A stretch of DNA of 64,000 nucleotides, taken from assembly GCA_000165345.1 (NCBI GenBank), contig CM000436.1:288001-352000 (forward strand), read 5' to 3'. Each line of letters opens with the position of its first letter. Within the stretch, counting starts at the first letter, position 1. Made by a program: the position numbers and the translations under genes. The notes beneath the pieces are model-generated. The model worked only from the letters and a program-made list of their open reading frames with translations. It was not told the origin of the DNA and did no database searches. This document shows, in pieces, positions 1 through 10,957 of this stretch.

Positions 1-1276
1 GATATTCTTTTTGCTTTTTAAGTGAGATATTATTTGTAATAGAATCCTCAACAGCAGATTCTTGAATATTACCCAAATTATCATACTTTTCTACAAACTT
101 CTTGATTGAAACTTCGTTTAAATTAACACTAATATCATCACCACTCTCTTCTTGTCCATCATCATCATCTTCATCTTCATCATATCCATCAGGAATAACT
201 TCTCCATTTTCAATTTCAGGTTTTAAAGAAGAACCATCTTTCATATTAGAGTTAGTAGCACTTGATACTTTAGTTTTAGGGTCTTTTTTAAACTCCTTGT
301 TAGAGAAAGGAGATTTTGATGTACTTGAAGTAAATACTGTACTTTTCCTATTTCCATGGCTTGTACTTGATAAATAACTACATTGTATTTTACCTGCCTT
401 ACCTAATATAGTAGAATGTCTACGATCACAATATATTTTGGTACCTTTTTTAAGTAAGTCATTATTTACATTACTTTGTTTAGATAAGACGTAGAATGGA
501 GATGAAATTGGACCAAATGTGTCTATAATTGCTCCTACTATTGTCTTATCCTCCAAACATAAAACTGATCCCAAATCTAACATTATAGTGGATGGGTCAC
601 TTTTTACTATAAAGATTCCCTCCATGCCAAATATTGCTCCGTCATCAATAATGGAGTAAATTTCTCCAACAAACTCACAAGGAAGAGTAAGATCTACCTT
701 TTCTGGCATATCCAAAATCTCAATATTTGGTAGCCAGCTTAATTTTTCTTCAAAGTTGTCTAATTGACCATCTTTTCTTATGTTACTATGCTTTCCTTTC
801 TTAATCACCTCTTCTTCTGATTCTGCCATCTCATTTTCGCATTCACTAATATCAGATAAAGTACTCTTAGTACATTTATTATTATCCAGAATAATACCAA
901 ATTGAGATAAATAATCATCAGATAGCTTCTCACCCAAAATTTCATTTTTAGATTCATGAACTTCAGAAACTTTATGGCGGTAAATCATCTCCTTCCTAAT
1001 TAACTCCTTAATCTCGTTATCCTCATTTTCGCTGGATTCATAGCCATCATCTTCAGAATTATTCAACTCATCATCTGTTAAGATAATATCAACATTATCG
1101 GATGTCTTCTCATTTTGTATTTTCCTACCTCTTGAAGAATCTATCGCAGATAGAATGGAAGCAGACTTGTAATTTTCTAGTTCTGCGAACTTGGATGCAA
1201 GTAATAAATCGTCAATTTCTGTTTCTCCATCAATAATTATCTCACCTCCACATAACTCATCAGCTTGAACTTCCAT
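1..1276 (-). CDS. NAF1-like H/ACA snoRNP assembly factor (Gar1-fold core), 5' part only; the 3' end runs off the left edge of the window
   Basis: A continuous minus-strand reading frame starts at ATG 1274-1276 and is open to position 1. It is absent from the ORF track because no stop lies inside the window. The translation contains IFGMEGIFIVKSD...LCLEDKTIVGAIIDTFGPISSPFYVLS (the Gar1/NAF1 core motif FGP[VI]..PFYV) flanked by acidic D/E-rich stretches as in NAF1. There is an in-frame TAA upstream of the ATG. Confidence 0.6.
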   Translation of the reverse strand, partial: MEVQADELCGGEIIIDGETEIDDLLLASKFAELENYKSASILSAIDSSRGRKIQNEKTSDNVDIILTDDELNNSEDDGYESSENEDNEIKELIRKEMIYRHKVSEVHESKNEILGEKLSDDYLSQFGIILDNNKCTKSTLSDISECENEMAESEEEVIKKGKHSNIRKDGQLDNFEEKLSWLPNIEILDMPEKVDLTLPCEFVGEIYSIIDDGAIFGMEGIFIVKSDPSTIMLDLGSVLCLEDKTIVGAIIDTFGPISSPFYVLSKQSNVNNDLLKKGTKIYCDRRHSTILGKAGKIQCSYLSSTSHGNRKSTVFTSSTSKSPFSNKEFKKDPKTKVSSATNSNMKDGSSLKPEIENGEVIPDGYDEDEDDDDGQEESGDDISVNLNEVSIKKFVEKYDNLGNIQESAVEDSITNNISLKKQKEY

Positions 1277-1817
1277 TTCCTGATTTTGATGAGGAAGTCC
1301 TTCAAATGAAAGTTCTCTTTTAACTTTCGATTAAATATTTATTAATAATTTATTTACTTACGTGTCAAATTTGACATGTCTGGCGCCTAAATGGGAATGT
1401 ATCTTTAATTTTACAAGGGTAAGAGGCGTAAAGAAATTTTAGGGTTAAAATAAAACGAGAAAAGATGAAGAGAGTTAAGAATGGAGAAAAATGAGCACTT
1501 TTGGTTAAGGTTTGTTCATGTTTAGATTAAAGGATGAATTTTTTTTTTAGATATATAAATATAGATATATATATTAAATTTTCCTTTTTGTTAGTTACAA
1601 TTTGGATTAAAAAAAAATAATTCAAAATAGTTGGCGCCATTTGTTTTAATATGTTTTCAATTGATAAATTCTTTAATTAATAGTATATATTAATATATTT
1701 TCAATTATAATAAAAATCAGGAAAGAAAACGCAGAATTAGCATGAAATTGTGTGTGAGACAAAAATAGTTAACTAATAACAAAGATAATCTAGAAGTGGG
1801 AAAAGGTGCATAAGAAG

Positions 1818-2987
1818 ATGGATGAAATAGGAACAAATAAAAACTATATAATAATATTACTTGGAAGACGGCATGTAAAAGCAGGATTTTCTAAAAAAAT
1901 GGAACCATTTGTAATTTTGCAGACAAGTGAGCTCTTTTCTAAGTGTGTGGATGTATTAGAAATATCAGAAAATGATAATACAAATTTTTCTAAAGAATCA
2001 AATTATGTGACAGTTTTTAAAGATCCCATAAACTGGAAAAGAAGCTGGAGTTCTTTGATACGTATGTTGTACACTGATTATTTGATGTCAAATCCTAAGG
2101 ATTATCCAGTAATACTATTAGAAAGACCATTTTTTCCAATAGAACTTTCAAATTATATTAAACAGATTCTATTGGAGAACTATCAGGTTCCTGGTGTTAA
2201 GAGAATTAGTGAGCCAATAGTAAGTCTTTTCACCACAGGATTTAAAACAGGAATAGTGGTTGATATAGGAACAAATGAGACAATAGTTTGTCCTATTTAC
2301 GATGGATATCCAATTGAATATAATGTTAAAATAATTAATTGTGGATATGATGATTTTAAGAAGAAATTTATGAATGAATTATTTTCTCAATATAAAGAAA
2401 AACCAGAAGAAGACATAATTAAAGAAATAAGTAACGATTTAATGGATGATATTATCTTTCAGAGCGGAATAGTAAACCACGAATTTAACGATAATATTGA
2501 AAGTAATCCCAATATTACAGATTTTACATATGAGAATTTAATAGTTAAAGATAAATACATTAATTTAGTTGTTGATAAAAATACCAGAACCAAACCATTC
2601 GAGATTTTCTTTGGAGATAAAGCATTTCCCAATTCAGAAGTCATTCATCATATTGTTTTAGATGGAATCATCCAAGTTTTATTAAATTCTAATATTGAAA
2701 CAAGAAAAGAGCTTTCTCAAAATATATTAATTTGTGGCGGGCTTGCATCCGTACCAGGTTTTGAAAGAAGAGTCTCTTCTGAACTTGGAGAACTAATTTC
2801 AAATGAAAAAATACTAAAACCTTTAGCAGATCATTTCTTCGTTACTTGTCCCCCCATTTCTCCTTTTATCAGATCATACTATGGTGCAGCTCTTATGTTA
2901 CAACATGAAAAAATTAATTATAATTTTGAAAACACTAATTTACAAAGAATTTCCTCTAAAATTAACTCAAAATTAGAAATTGCATAA
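1818..2987 (+). CDS. actin-related protein (ARP/actin-like, actin fold)
   Basis: The 393-aa ORF in the track begins at GTG 1806; the first ATG is at 1818. Actin-fold signatures are present: IVVDIGTNETIVCPIYDGYPIEY (compare actin GIVLDSGDGVTHxVPIYEGY) and ICGGLASVPGFERRVSSEL (compare LSGGTTMFPGIADRMQKEI). The protein is divergent, so the ARP subfamily is not assignable by eye. Confidence 0.7.
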   Translation: MDEIGTNKNYIIILLGRRHVKAGFSKKMEPFVILQTSELFSKCVDVLEISENDNTNFSKESNYVTVFKDPINWKRSWSSLIRMLYTDYLMSNPKDYPVILLERPFFPIELSNYIKQILLENYQVPGVKRISEPIVSLFTTGFKTGIVVDIGTNETIVCPIYDGYPIEYNVKIINCGYDDFKKKFMNELFSQYKEKPEEDIIKEISNDLMDDIIFQSGIVNHEFNDNIESNPNITDFTYENLIVKDKYINLVVDKNTRTKPFEIFFGDKAFPNSEVIHHIVLDGIIQVLLNSNIETRKELSQNILICGGLASVPGFERRVSSELGELISNEKILKPLADHFFVTCPPISPFIRSYYGAALMLQHEKINYNFENTNLQRISSKINSKLEIA

Positions 2988-3226
2988 ATGCCAATTACGT
3001 GGTGCATGCGCATGATTTGCGCGCCTCAAAGTTTCTCCCCACACTTTTGGAGGCAGTGTATAATTTTAGGAATAATTAGTCAAAAAAAGGGGAATTATTC
3101 GATATAGAAAATTTAAAAGCTGATTAAATAACTGGTCATTTTTATTACATATGATATCATGTAGAAACTGTGTATGACACTTTTTTTGGTTTTTCTTTTT
3201 TCTCCCAAAATTTCAACAAGGAAGAC

Positions 3227-5215
3227 ATGAGTTTACTTAATCATTGTAAGAGGAGGATCATAGAGGAGATCATTTCACCGGTACGTGCAATGTCTGCTTC
3301 TGGAAGTGATGGATATTTAACTATGGTAGTTGATCAATTTACACTTAAAGTAATTTCCTCATGTTGTTCATTCTATGATATTATTGAGGCAGGAGTTACC
3401 ATTGTCGAGCAGTTACATTCAAAAAGGCAGCCATTAAGAAAAATGGATTGTATTTACTTTGTAACAAACGAGAAGAGAAATCTTGAACGGATTCAGAAAG
3501 ATTTTGAAGGTGAAGGGATGTATAGGTCAGCTCATTTGTTTGTTACTGGTTTTAGGGGAGAAAGAATGGCAGGTTTTGATATACTTTCTAATCACGAAGG
3601 TCTTTTGAAGAAGTTATTAGCTTTTAAAGAAGTCAATTTAGACTTTATTCCATATGATAGCAGAACCTTCTACATTGATATTGATGGTTTATTTACAACT
3701 AGTCTTGATCTTTCTGAAAAGCTTCAACAACAAATTATGTCTGGAATTAATACATTATGTAAGACTCTTGGAGTTAATAGTAAGCCAGTAATAAGATATC
3801 AAGCATCAGGAAGAGTAGAAGTGTCAACAGAATGTAAGAACTTGGCTGAAAAGCTCAATTACTTGCAGAATGGAGGAGCCGAAAGCAATGAAGAATGTAC
3901 AATATTATTATTAGATAGAAGTTTTGATACTGCTCCATTGTATATACATGATTATCACTATCAAGCATTAGCTTATGATTTATTGAATATTCCAGTATCT
4001 ATTAGTAATCCTGATCATTATAACATTTTATCAAGTACTAGACTTGACAACACTAACTTGAAGAATAAGGACGAAAACCAAAAGATGGATGATGTATATG
4101 AGTACGAAGTCTCTAGTACAGGAGGAAAAAAGGAAATAAAGAAGGCAGTGCTTGATGAAAGGGATTCAAAATGGGTATTATATAGGCATGAACATATTGG
4201 AAATGTAAACCAGGCAATTACGGATGAAACTTTAAAGTTTACTCATAATAATGTTACTGCAAAGATCCATAGAGGGGAAAATAAAGGGTCAAATTTTTCA
4301 ACAAGTGAGACAATACAAGCAGTTAGAACTCTTCCTCAATATCAACAAACTCTTTCCCGATACTGGACACATATTAGTTTGATCGGAGAATGTTTTAATA
4401 TTTTAAAGAAGAATGATATTACATCAATAGGGGAAATTGAGCAATGTATTACAACAATGTTAGATTCTGATGGGAAATCCTTAACTGCAAATAAGCAAAG
4501 AAGTAATCTGCTTACTGTGTTGGATCAATCTGCATTGGGAAAATCGGAAGGAGAATTTCCAATAATTAATAACAATAATGACAAACTTAGATTGATCTTA
4601 CTATATATCTCGCATTATACAGGAATAAATAATGATGATTTGAATCAATTAATTGAGCATGGAAGGCTCTCGAATAACGATCAAATTGTACTTAAAAAAC
4701 TTCTTGGACTTGGCTTGTGTAACTCATTTGATGATATTGCAGCTGGAAATGGAAAACATATTCACAAATACGAGCTTAATAATAAAGAAAGAGTTAAATA
4801 CTATAAACAAAGATTGAGAAATATAGAAATCAATCTTTCCAGATTTGAGCCTTTAATAAAGACAATAATCTATCACCTTCTTTGCCAACTCAATATTGGA
4901 AACAACTCATTAATTTCTTATAATAGTTTTAATCAAAATAGTTTTAACGAAGAATTTCCTTGCATCAGTAAATATTATGCTAATGAAGGTTCACATTACT
5001 TGCTTGGAAACTTGAACCAAATACAATCTCATTCTTCTATTCCTAGGTATTCTTTAAAAAACAAACTTGTGATTGTATTTGTGATAGGGTCTATTACATT
5101 TCCCGAAATTAGATGCGTTTACGAACTTATGAATGAATCCAATTCAAATATTTATATTGGAGGAATTAATATTACTACTCCTACTCAACTTATAAGGCAA
5201 GTTCTACACTCATAA
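3227..5215 (+). CDS. Sec1/Munc18 (SM) family syntaxin-binding protein
   Basis: The track ORF starts at GTG 3170; the first ATG is at 3227. The N-terminal block YLTMVVDQFTLKVISSCCSFYDIIEAGVTIVEQLHSKRQPLRKMDCIYFVTNEKRNLERIQKDF closely parallels Munc18 [64 protein letters not shown]. A length of 663-681 aa is typical for SM proteins. Confidence 0.8.
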   Translation: MSLLNHCKRRIIEEIISPVRAMSASGSDGYLTMVVDQFTLKVISSCCSFYDIIEAGVTIVEQLHSKRQPLRKMDCIYFVTNEKRNLERIQKDFEGEGMYRSAHLFVTGFRGERMAGFDILSNHEGLLKKLLAFKEVNLDFIPYDSRTFYIDIDGLFTTSLDLSEKLQQQIMSGINTLCKTLGVNSKPVIRYQASGRVEVSTECKNLAEKLNYLQNGGAESNEECTILLLDRSFDTAPLYIHDYHYQALAYDLLNIPVSISNPDHYNILSSTRLDNTNLKNKDENQKMDDVYEYEVSSTGGKKEIKKAVLDERDSKWVLYRHEHIGNVNQAITDETLKFTHNNVTAKIHRGENKGSNFSTSETIQAVRTLPQYQQTLSRYWTHISLIGECFNILKKNDITSIGEIEQCITTMLDSDGKSLTANKQRSNLLTVLDQSALGKSEGEFPIINNNNDKLRLILLYISHYTGINNDDLNQLIEHGRLSNNDQIVLKKLLGLGLCNSFDDIAAGNGKHIHKYELNNKERVKYYKQRLRNIEINLSRFEPLIKTIIYHLLCQLNIGNNSLISYNSFNQNSFNEEFPCISKYYANEGSHYLLGNLNQIQSHSSIPRYSLKNKLVIVFVIGSITFPEIRCVYELMNESNSNIYIGGINITTPTQLIRQVLHS

Positions 5216-5375
5216 AGTAATTACAATTAAAAATAAATACTAAATAGTTAATAAATAACATTATCAAAGTTTAGTTTAATTACTTTTATACTCACTGTGT
5301 TGTTTCATATTTAAGTAAAAATATTAATTTCCTAATTCAGATTTATCAGTTCATTCGAAATTAATATTACATTTT

Positions 5376-5425
5376 TTGTCCACATGCAAATATGCAATGG
5401 CCATGGCGGGCAATTTTTGCCGCCC
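5376..5425. promoter_or_regulatory. promoter motif cluster: TTGTCCACATGCAAATATGCA plus an inverted pair of E2F-like sites (TGGCGGGCAAtttttGCCGCCC)
   Basis: A GC island in AT-rich spacer about 180-220 nt upstream of the 5600 ATG. GGCGGG and CCGCCC half-sites face each other. Confidence 0.5.
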
Positions 5426-5599
5426 GAAATTTATAAGCAAGGTCTAGAGATCTTATTTGACATTCAATGTGTAAAATTGGATGAAATAAGGAGAAAAAAA
5501 GATAATAGTAGGAGAGAAAAAAATAAGGAAATATTAATTGAGCAAATTCTAGTATTATCAAATAAAAAGATTAAGAGAGAGGTATAAAATTGATTAAAA

Positions 5600-6694
5600 A
5601 TGGGGAGAAAAAGTAGTGATGGATCCGGAATGGGAGCGGATATTCTGCATGCATTGGGGTTTAATAAGACCTCAAACTCAGATAATTCTGATACTGCAGA
5701 TAATAAAAGCAAGGGTCAGACAAAATTAGGTAGACTTAAATTTCCTAAGAATAAAAAAAAATCAAAAAAACATAATATTGAGGTGGATTCTGCTAAATTT
5801 AGCACAGAAATTGATTTAAAAGCAAATGACAATAGTGAGATAGAGCAAGCAAGTGAAAAGCCTACAAATTCAAGTTTAATGGATGTTCAATTATCTTTTG
5901 AAGGAGTTCTTACTGAGCTAGAAAAATCTTTGGAAAATATTAAAAAGAATGTAGATCATGCAGAATCTTGTTTGGAGAATATTTATATATCTGTAGATAA
6001 GCTGGAGAAGTTTTCTGAACTTTGTAAAGTGGAAAATAAAGATGTTATATTAGGTTTGCATAAACTAGTAAATGTACACAAAGGAGCAGCATTACTTTCA
6101 ACATTTTCTAGTGACCCTACATTTAAAAAGAATTGCGATTACAACGTAAGTGATGAATCAAAATCTGCTGAAAAAAGGCTTGAAAGCAAAAGATCTGGTG
6201 ATACTAATGTAGTGGAATCTGAGCATGAATCAAATGTTGCAACAGTAATAGAAACTCATAATTCAAATAACTCGGAAACTAAACCAGCTTTTGTTAAATC
6301 AAATTCTAAGACTTATAATGTAAAGAACAGTCTATCAAATAATGTTTTTAATAAGACAGAAATGGTTACACCTAGTAAAAGCAATAATAATTTTAATTCT
6401 GAATCTCCTAGTGCTAAAAGCACTATGAAAAGTGAACCAATTAATAAAGAATTGGAAATAACAAAAGATGTTAATGCTTCATATTCTGACAAAAATAATA
6501 GTGAAAAGTCACCAAAGGAAGGTAAAATTAGTAAAACTGAAAAATTTAAAGAGAAGCTTAACCTCAAAATGAGGAAGAAAAAAGACAGTACACATGAGTC
6601 CAACGATCCAGATTCAGCTGATGCAGAAAATAGTACTGGTATTCAAACCAGAATGGAAAGGTTTAAGAAAAAGTTTGACCGAAAAAGTAAATAA
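5600..6694 (+). CDS. hypothetical Lys/Ser/Glu-rich low-complexity protein
   Basis: A 364-codon ATG-initiated ORF is unlikely by chance in roughly 30% GC DNA. It is highly charged (KKKSKKH, KMRKKKD) and I recognise no domain in it. An inverted pair of E2F-like sites lies at 5404-5425, upstream. Confidence 0.5.
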   Translation: MGRKSSDGSGMGADILHALGFNKTSNSDNSDTADNKSKGQTKLGRLKFPKNKKKSKKHNIEVDSAKFSTEIDLKANDNSEIEQASEKPTNSSLMDVQLSFEGVLTELEKSLENIKKNVDHAESCLENIYISVDKLEKFSELCKVENKDVILGLHKLVNVHKGAALLSTFSSDPTFKKNCDYNVSDESKSAEKRLESKRSGDTNVVESEHESNVATVIETHNSNNSETKPAFVKSNSKTYNVKNSLSNNVFNKTEMVTPSKSNNNFNSESPSAKSTMKSEPINKELEITKDVNASYSDKNNSEKSPKEGKISKTEKFKEKLNLKMRKKKDSTHESNDPDSADAENSTGIQTRMERFKKKFDRKSK

Positions 6695-7051
6695 TTTCTA
6701 CTTTCTTTTCTCCATTATATTTTAATATAATGCATGTAGTCAACAACATGTGGCGCGTGTTTGGCGCTGGCGGGCTACTGTATGTCAAGAAAAAACTGAA
6801 TTTAGTGAATTAAATCTAATTAGGAAATAGCTTGAAACTAAAACGAAGGAGAATAATCTTAATTGAAAAGAATACTGGAATTTAGACAAAAGGTTATAGA
6901 TTTCTTGTATTTTTTTTAGTTTTAACTCCTTTATCTTTAATTTTATAATTTTGTTATTTTCAATTAAGCTTAATAGTTTTTGAGACCATAATTATTATAC
7001 GATAAGTCTATAAGGTTAGAAAAGTATAGAGAGAGCTTGAAAGGTTGGAAA

Positions 7052-10000
7052 ATGAAGCAAAGTAAGCCTCAAGATAAAAGACAGGTGAGGCAGAGGTACA
7101 AACAGCATGCAAAGGATGCAAATGATATATTTGAGTTAAATTCTCCTATTGGAGTTAGTTGTTTGGATTCTGCATTACAAGATAGGCTAAATATTATTCT
7201 TCAAAAGTATAAGGATTATGGGACAGAATCTAAGAATATGGTATTGGGAGCTTTGCCTTATATTGTTTCTATGTTAAAAAAGGTGGGATATTTAGAGTTT
7301 AAGACTCCATTAAAGAGTACTATTAGAGAGAATAGTAAAACAATGCTATTTGCAGATATTTTGAAACTTGATGAGGAGTTTGGATTGTCCGGTACCTTTC
7401 AAGGATTGTTGGGAGAAAATATTCCCATAAGCAATTTAAGATTAAAGAGTCCGATAAGATTAATGAACGTGGAATTTGCTATTAATCAGGAATCTGTTGT
7501 GGATTTAGTTTTTGATCTTCCAGGATCCTTGATAGAATCCAAAGATTATACTAACTATTCTTATTTTATTAAGAGGGGAGCATTAGTTATGGACTTATTT
7601 CATAAGTTACTTAGCAAAAATAAGGATAATAAGATACAAAACATTGCAGAAAATGAGGCAGAAATGATAAATAGAGAATTATTATCTAAGGAAGATCTTC
7701 AAACTATGGGTAAGAATGGATTACCTACGCTTTTGTCAGTCAATCAAATCAAGGAAATTCAAATAGAAATTGACTATTTGTATGATCTAAGGTATATTCC
7801 AGTTGTTTCAATTGTATTAGTATTAAAATCAGGTAAAGAGTCGAAAGATTTATTTCTATCAAAATTTAGATTCAGAATCCTACCAAGTATTCCTGAATCA
7901 TCCAAATTGAGTAAAGATTCTATCTCAGTATATAGAAATTGCGTAAGAAGGAGTTTTATGAATTACGATACCTTCAAATATTATCAAGATCAATTAAATT
8001 CATGTTTTTTACCACCAACACCACAATATAATGGGGCTATTTTGAGTAATACCAAAAATCAAATGCTTAAATTATCTCAAATTATTAATGAAGTTTTATC
8101 TTCTGTTATGCTTGAAGATACTTTCCTACTTCTCAAACTTTGGTGTATAAGATGGAAGATTTGGAATCACTTAAAAGTTAATGATCAATTTAGACTTTCT
8201 GGTCAGTTTGATGAAGAAATTCTCTTATATCTTTTGTTTCATACTCTGGAATTAAATAGAGATGTATTAAATTCAAGAAAAACTAGCTCATTACAATTAT
8301 TTAAGCTTGTATTAATGACTCTACAAAAAATGATCACAAATTGGAAATCTCAAGATAAAGATCAACCCGGTACCTATTACGTGTTTGGCGAATTATCACC
8401 AAAATATTATGAGAAAATATTTGTACAAGGTAAAGACTTTAAGAGGACGAATTTATTACATTTATTTAATAGAGATTATATTGGAAACCAAGTTTTTATT
8501 TTAACAGATGAAGAAGATCAAGTATATAATGTATTTTGGAGATGTCAAGATTTACTCAAGGAGGAGTTACCTGAGATATTAAATAAAACTTTGTCACTTT
8601 TTGACAATAAAGAAATTCTTGGTTATTCTGAAACTATTTCTGATATATTTAGTCTTGGAGTTGAGCTTGATAATAAGTTAAGAGTTCAAGGACATGATCA
8701 AAATAAGATTTTGAATGATACTCCTTTAATGCTTACATTATTGGAATTTGATTCTTGTATAATGATATCTTATCCAAATTCTTTTCATAATATTCAACTT
8801 AGTTATTTAATTTCACCAGATAACAATATTCCAAAAGAAATTAGTCTAGGTGAAGATTCAAATCCAAAAACTATCAAGAGAAATTTTGATTCAATTTGGG
8901 AAAATTGTCAGAGTTCAAATTTGGTTGAGATCACGAGACGAATCTTAATTAGAAGCTACACCGATAGAGTCAAAAATATAAATTTGAGAGAAATAGTCTC
9001 AAAAGAAAAGTTTGGATGTATTATTGGTATTCAATTCGCTTCAAAAATTACAAGATCTATAGATAAAGGTCCTTTTGTTGATACTTTTGAGGCAAAATTA
9101 TTTAAAGAATTTTGGGGTAATGATAAAATTGAGACAAGAAGATTTAGAGACGGTACCGTATTAGAAACATTAATTTGGAATAATGAAATTGATTCAAATA
9201 ATGAATTTATTACAAATAAAGGGATTAATGAAGATATTTTAAAATATACATTAAGTAGACATCTCCCACAAGTTAAATTAAATTCAGAAACAATAACAGG
9301 TACCAAAGATAATAATAATATTACTTATTCTATGACACCTTTTGGATCTATTAATCCTTATTTAAGCCGAGAAAAAAATGTACATGAAGAATTCTCCAAC
9401 TTTAAATCTATTATTACTGGATTAACTTCTCTTCCTTTAAGTATTAAATCAATTCAATCATCCAATTCAATTTTGAGATTTATGAAATTTTATACCAACT
9501 TAAATTCTGATCTAAATGAAGGAGAAGGAGAAGAAATACAATGTGTAATAGAAATGGAACAATCTAATAAATGGCCAAAAACAAAAGAATCTATTGAAAA
9601 GATTAAAATTGCATTTTTATTATCAATACAAAAAGAATTAGGAGAATTACATTCTATTTCTTCTGATATTATACCAGAATATAATTATTTAGAAGGTACC
9701 GATAATCCTGATTTAAAAGGCTTTGCTCCATTTTTAGATGTATATTGGAAAGGAGATATCACTTTTAGAATTAGTATATTTCATCCAACAGAATTAGAAC
9801 AAATTGCAAAAATTACTATTGAACCTGAAAATATGTCAGAAAAAGTTATTGAAGAAAATATTAAATTTCCACAGGAAAACCTTTCCCAATTACGTAATTT
9901 GTGGTGGAAAACACAAACTGGAGCAAAATTACTCAATCTAAGTAATTATTTCCCTTCTTTAAGACAAACTATTAAGAAATTAAAACAATTTGCCTCAGTT

Positions 10001-10957
10001 AATAAGATCCCAGATTCTCAAGAATTCTTAGAACATGTTGCTGCTTATGTATATACAAATAATGATCTAATGAATTCTATATATAAGGTACCCGGTACTT
10101 CTACTACTGGATTCTTAAGATCTTTATGGTTAATTTCAAGATTTGATTGGGAAAAAAAACCATTAATTGTAGATTTTGATTTTCAAATTAATGAAGATTC
10201 TGAAATTAAAAGAATTTCTACTTCAGAATTTCAAAAGCTTGATCAGATTCATTCAATTCAGTATAATTATATTAAAAAGCATAAATTACCAAAGAATTTT
10301 TTTTATGTATCATCACAATATGATCCACAATCTTTGTTGATTAAACTACCAAGTTTCTATAATTCTACTAGATTAGTTCATTTTTCAAAATTATATATTA
10401 ATATTATTGTTTATCAGAATTCATTCAATCTGCCAATTAAAGAGATTAAATCATCATTCTTAACTCAGCCTAAAAATGACATTATTATTTGTCTTCAACA
10501 AGATTATATGAGTCTTATTAATCCTCAATCAAAAAAGTTTAAATCTTCAAATGTACTAGCACTTAAAAAACAATATGTTAATTTGAATTCTACTCAAGAG
10601 TTATTAAGTAACTGTAATATCAAAGCTTCACCTTATAATGTTGCTAAAGAGATTTTTGAGAGTTTTATATTGGAAATTAAATCACTTTGGAATCATCAAG
10701 TTGATATAATTTATGATTCTTATGTACTTCCTTATCCAGAAAAGATTTATCTTAAAGTAAGAACAAGTCAATTCTTTCCTTCAAAAATTACTGAAAGTCA
10801 AAATAAAAAAAGAAAGAATCATCTTCCTGGTTGTATTATTTCCTATTCTAATAATTCCACTGGAAATTACAATATTTTTACAATACCTAATTTACCTCTT
10901 ATTTTAAGTACAATTTGGAGTAGATATTCTGGTTTTATCACTGATATACAGATATAG
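7052..10957 (+). CDS. large conserved hypothetical protein (about 1300 aa); possibly Nrap/UTP22-like nucleolar protein, very tentative
   Basis: The track ORF starts at TTG 7037; the first ATG is at 7052. It is an uninterrupted 3.9-kb ORF. Its size and a degenerate nucleotidyltransferase-like stretch (FGLSGTFQGLLGENIP...MNVEFAINQESVVDLVFDLPGSL) are reminiscent of the Nrap domain 1, but I cannot confirm this without a profile search. Confidence 0.55.
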   Translation: MKQSKPQDKRQVRQRYKQHAKDANDIFELNSPIGVSCLDSALQDRLNIILQKYKDYGTESKNMVLGALPYIVSMLKKVGYLEFKTPLKSTIRENSKTMLFADILKLDEEFGLSGTFQGLLGENIPISNLRLKSPIRLMNVEFAINQESVVDLVFDLPGSLIESKDYTNYSYFIKRGALVMDLFHKLLSKNKDNKIQNIAENEAEMINRELLSKEDLQTMGKNGLPTLLSVNQIKEIQIEIDYLYDLRYIPVVSIVLVLKSGKESKDLFLSKFRFRILPSIPESSKLSKDSISVYRNCVRRSFMNYDTFKYYQDQLNSCFLPPTPQYNGAILSNTKNQMLKLSQIINEVLSSVMLEDTFLLLKLWCIRWKIWNHLKVNDQFRLSGQFDEEILLYLLFHTLELNRDVLNSRKTSSLQLFKLVLMTLQKMITNWKSQDKDQPGTYYVFGELSPKYYEKIFVQGKDFKRTNLLHLFNRDYIGNQVFILTDEEDQVYNVFWRCQDLLKEELPEILNKTLSLFDNKEILGYSETISDIFSLGVELDNKLRVQGHDQNKILNDTPLMLTLLEFDSCIMISYPNSFHNIQLSYLISPDNNIPKEISLGEDSNPKTIKRNFDSIWENCQSSNLVEITRRILIRSYTDRVKNINLREIVSKEKFGCIIGIQFASKITRSIDKGPFVDTFEAKLFKEFWGNDKIETRRFRDGTVLETLIWNNEIDSNNEFITNKGINEDILKYTLSRHLPQVKLNSETITGTKDNNNITYSMTPFGSINPYLSREKNVHEEFSNFKSIITGLTSLPLSIKSIQSSNSILRFMKFYTNLNSDLNEGEGEEIQCVIEMEQSNKWPKTKESIEKIKIAFLLSIQKELGELHSISSDIIPEYNYLEGTDNPDLKGFAPFLDVYWKGDITFRISIFHPTELEQIAKITIEPENMSEKVIEENIKFPQENLSQLRNLWWKTQTGAKLLNLSNYFPSLRQTIKKLKQFASVNKIPDSQEFLEHVAAYVYTNNDLMNSIYKVPGTSTTGFLRSLWLISRFDWEKKPLIVDFDFQINEDSEIKRISTSEFQKLDQIHSIQYNYIKKHKLPKNFFYVSSQYDPQSLLIKLPSFYNSTRLVHFSKLYINIIVYQNSFNLPIKEIKSSFLTQPKNDIIICLQQDYMSLINPQSKKFKSSNVLALKKQYVNLNSTQELLSNCNIKASPYNVAKEIFESFILEIKSLWNHQVDIIYDSYVLPYPEKIYLKVRTSQFFPSKITESQNKKRKNHLPGCIISYSNNSTGNYNIFTIPNLPLILSTIWSRYSGFITDIQI

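Noticed and set aside
102-377. 91-aa + strand ORF (S-rich low-complexity)
   Set aside because: It lies antisense to the well-supported NAF1-like frame. Its composition mirrors the acidic D/E-rich coding strand, so it is an artefact ORF.
5367-5712. Three short overlapping ORFs in the Sec1/5600 spacer
   Set aside because: They are 60-80 aa, overlap each other on both strands and overlap the promoter motif island. They have no coding-like composition.
7381-10100. Six GGTACC (KpnI) sites within one 3.9-kb gene, roughly 25-fold over expectation for this base composition
   Set aside because: Every instance encodes a Gly-Thr dipeptide with preferred codons GGT-ACC (SGTF, PGTY, DGTV, TGTK, EGTD, PGTS). 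It is a codon-pair effect, not a repeat or restriction-modification signal.
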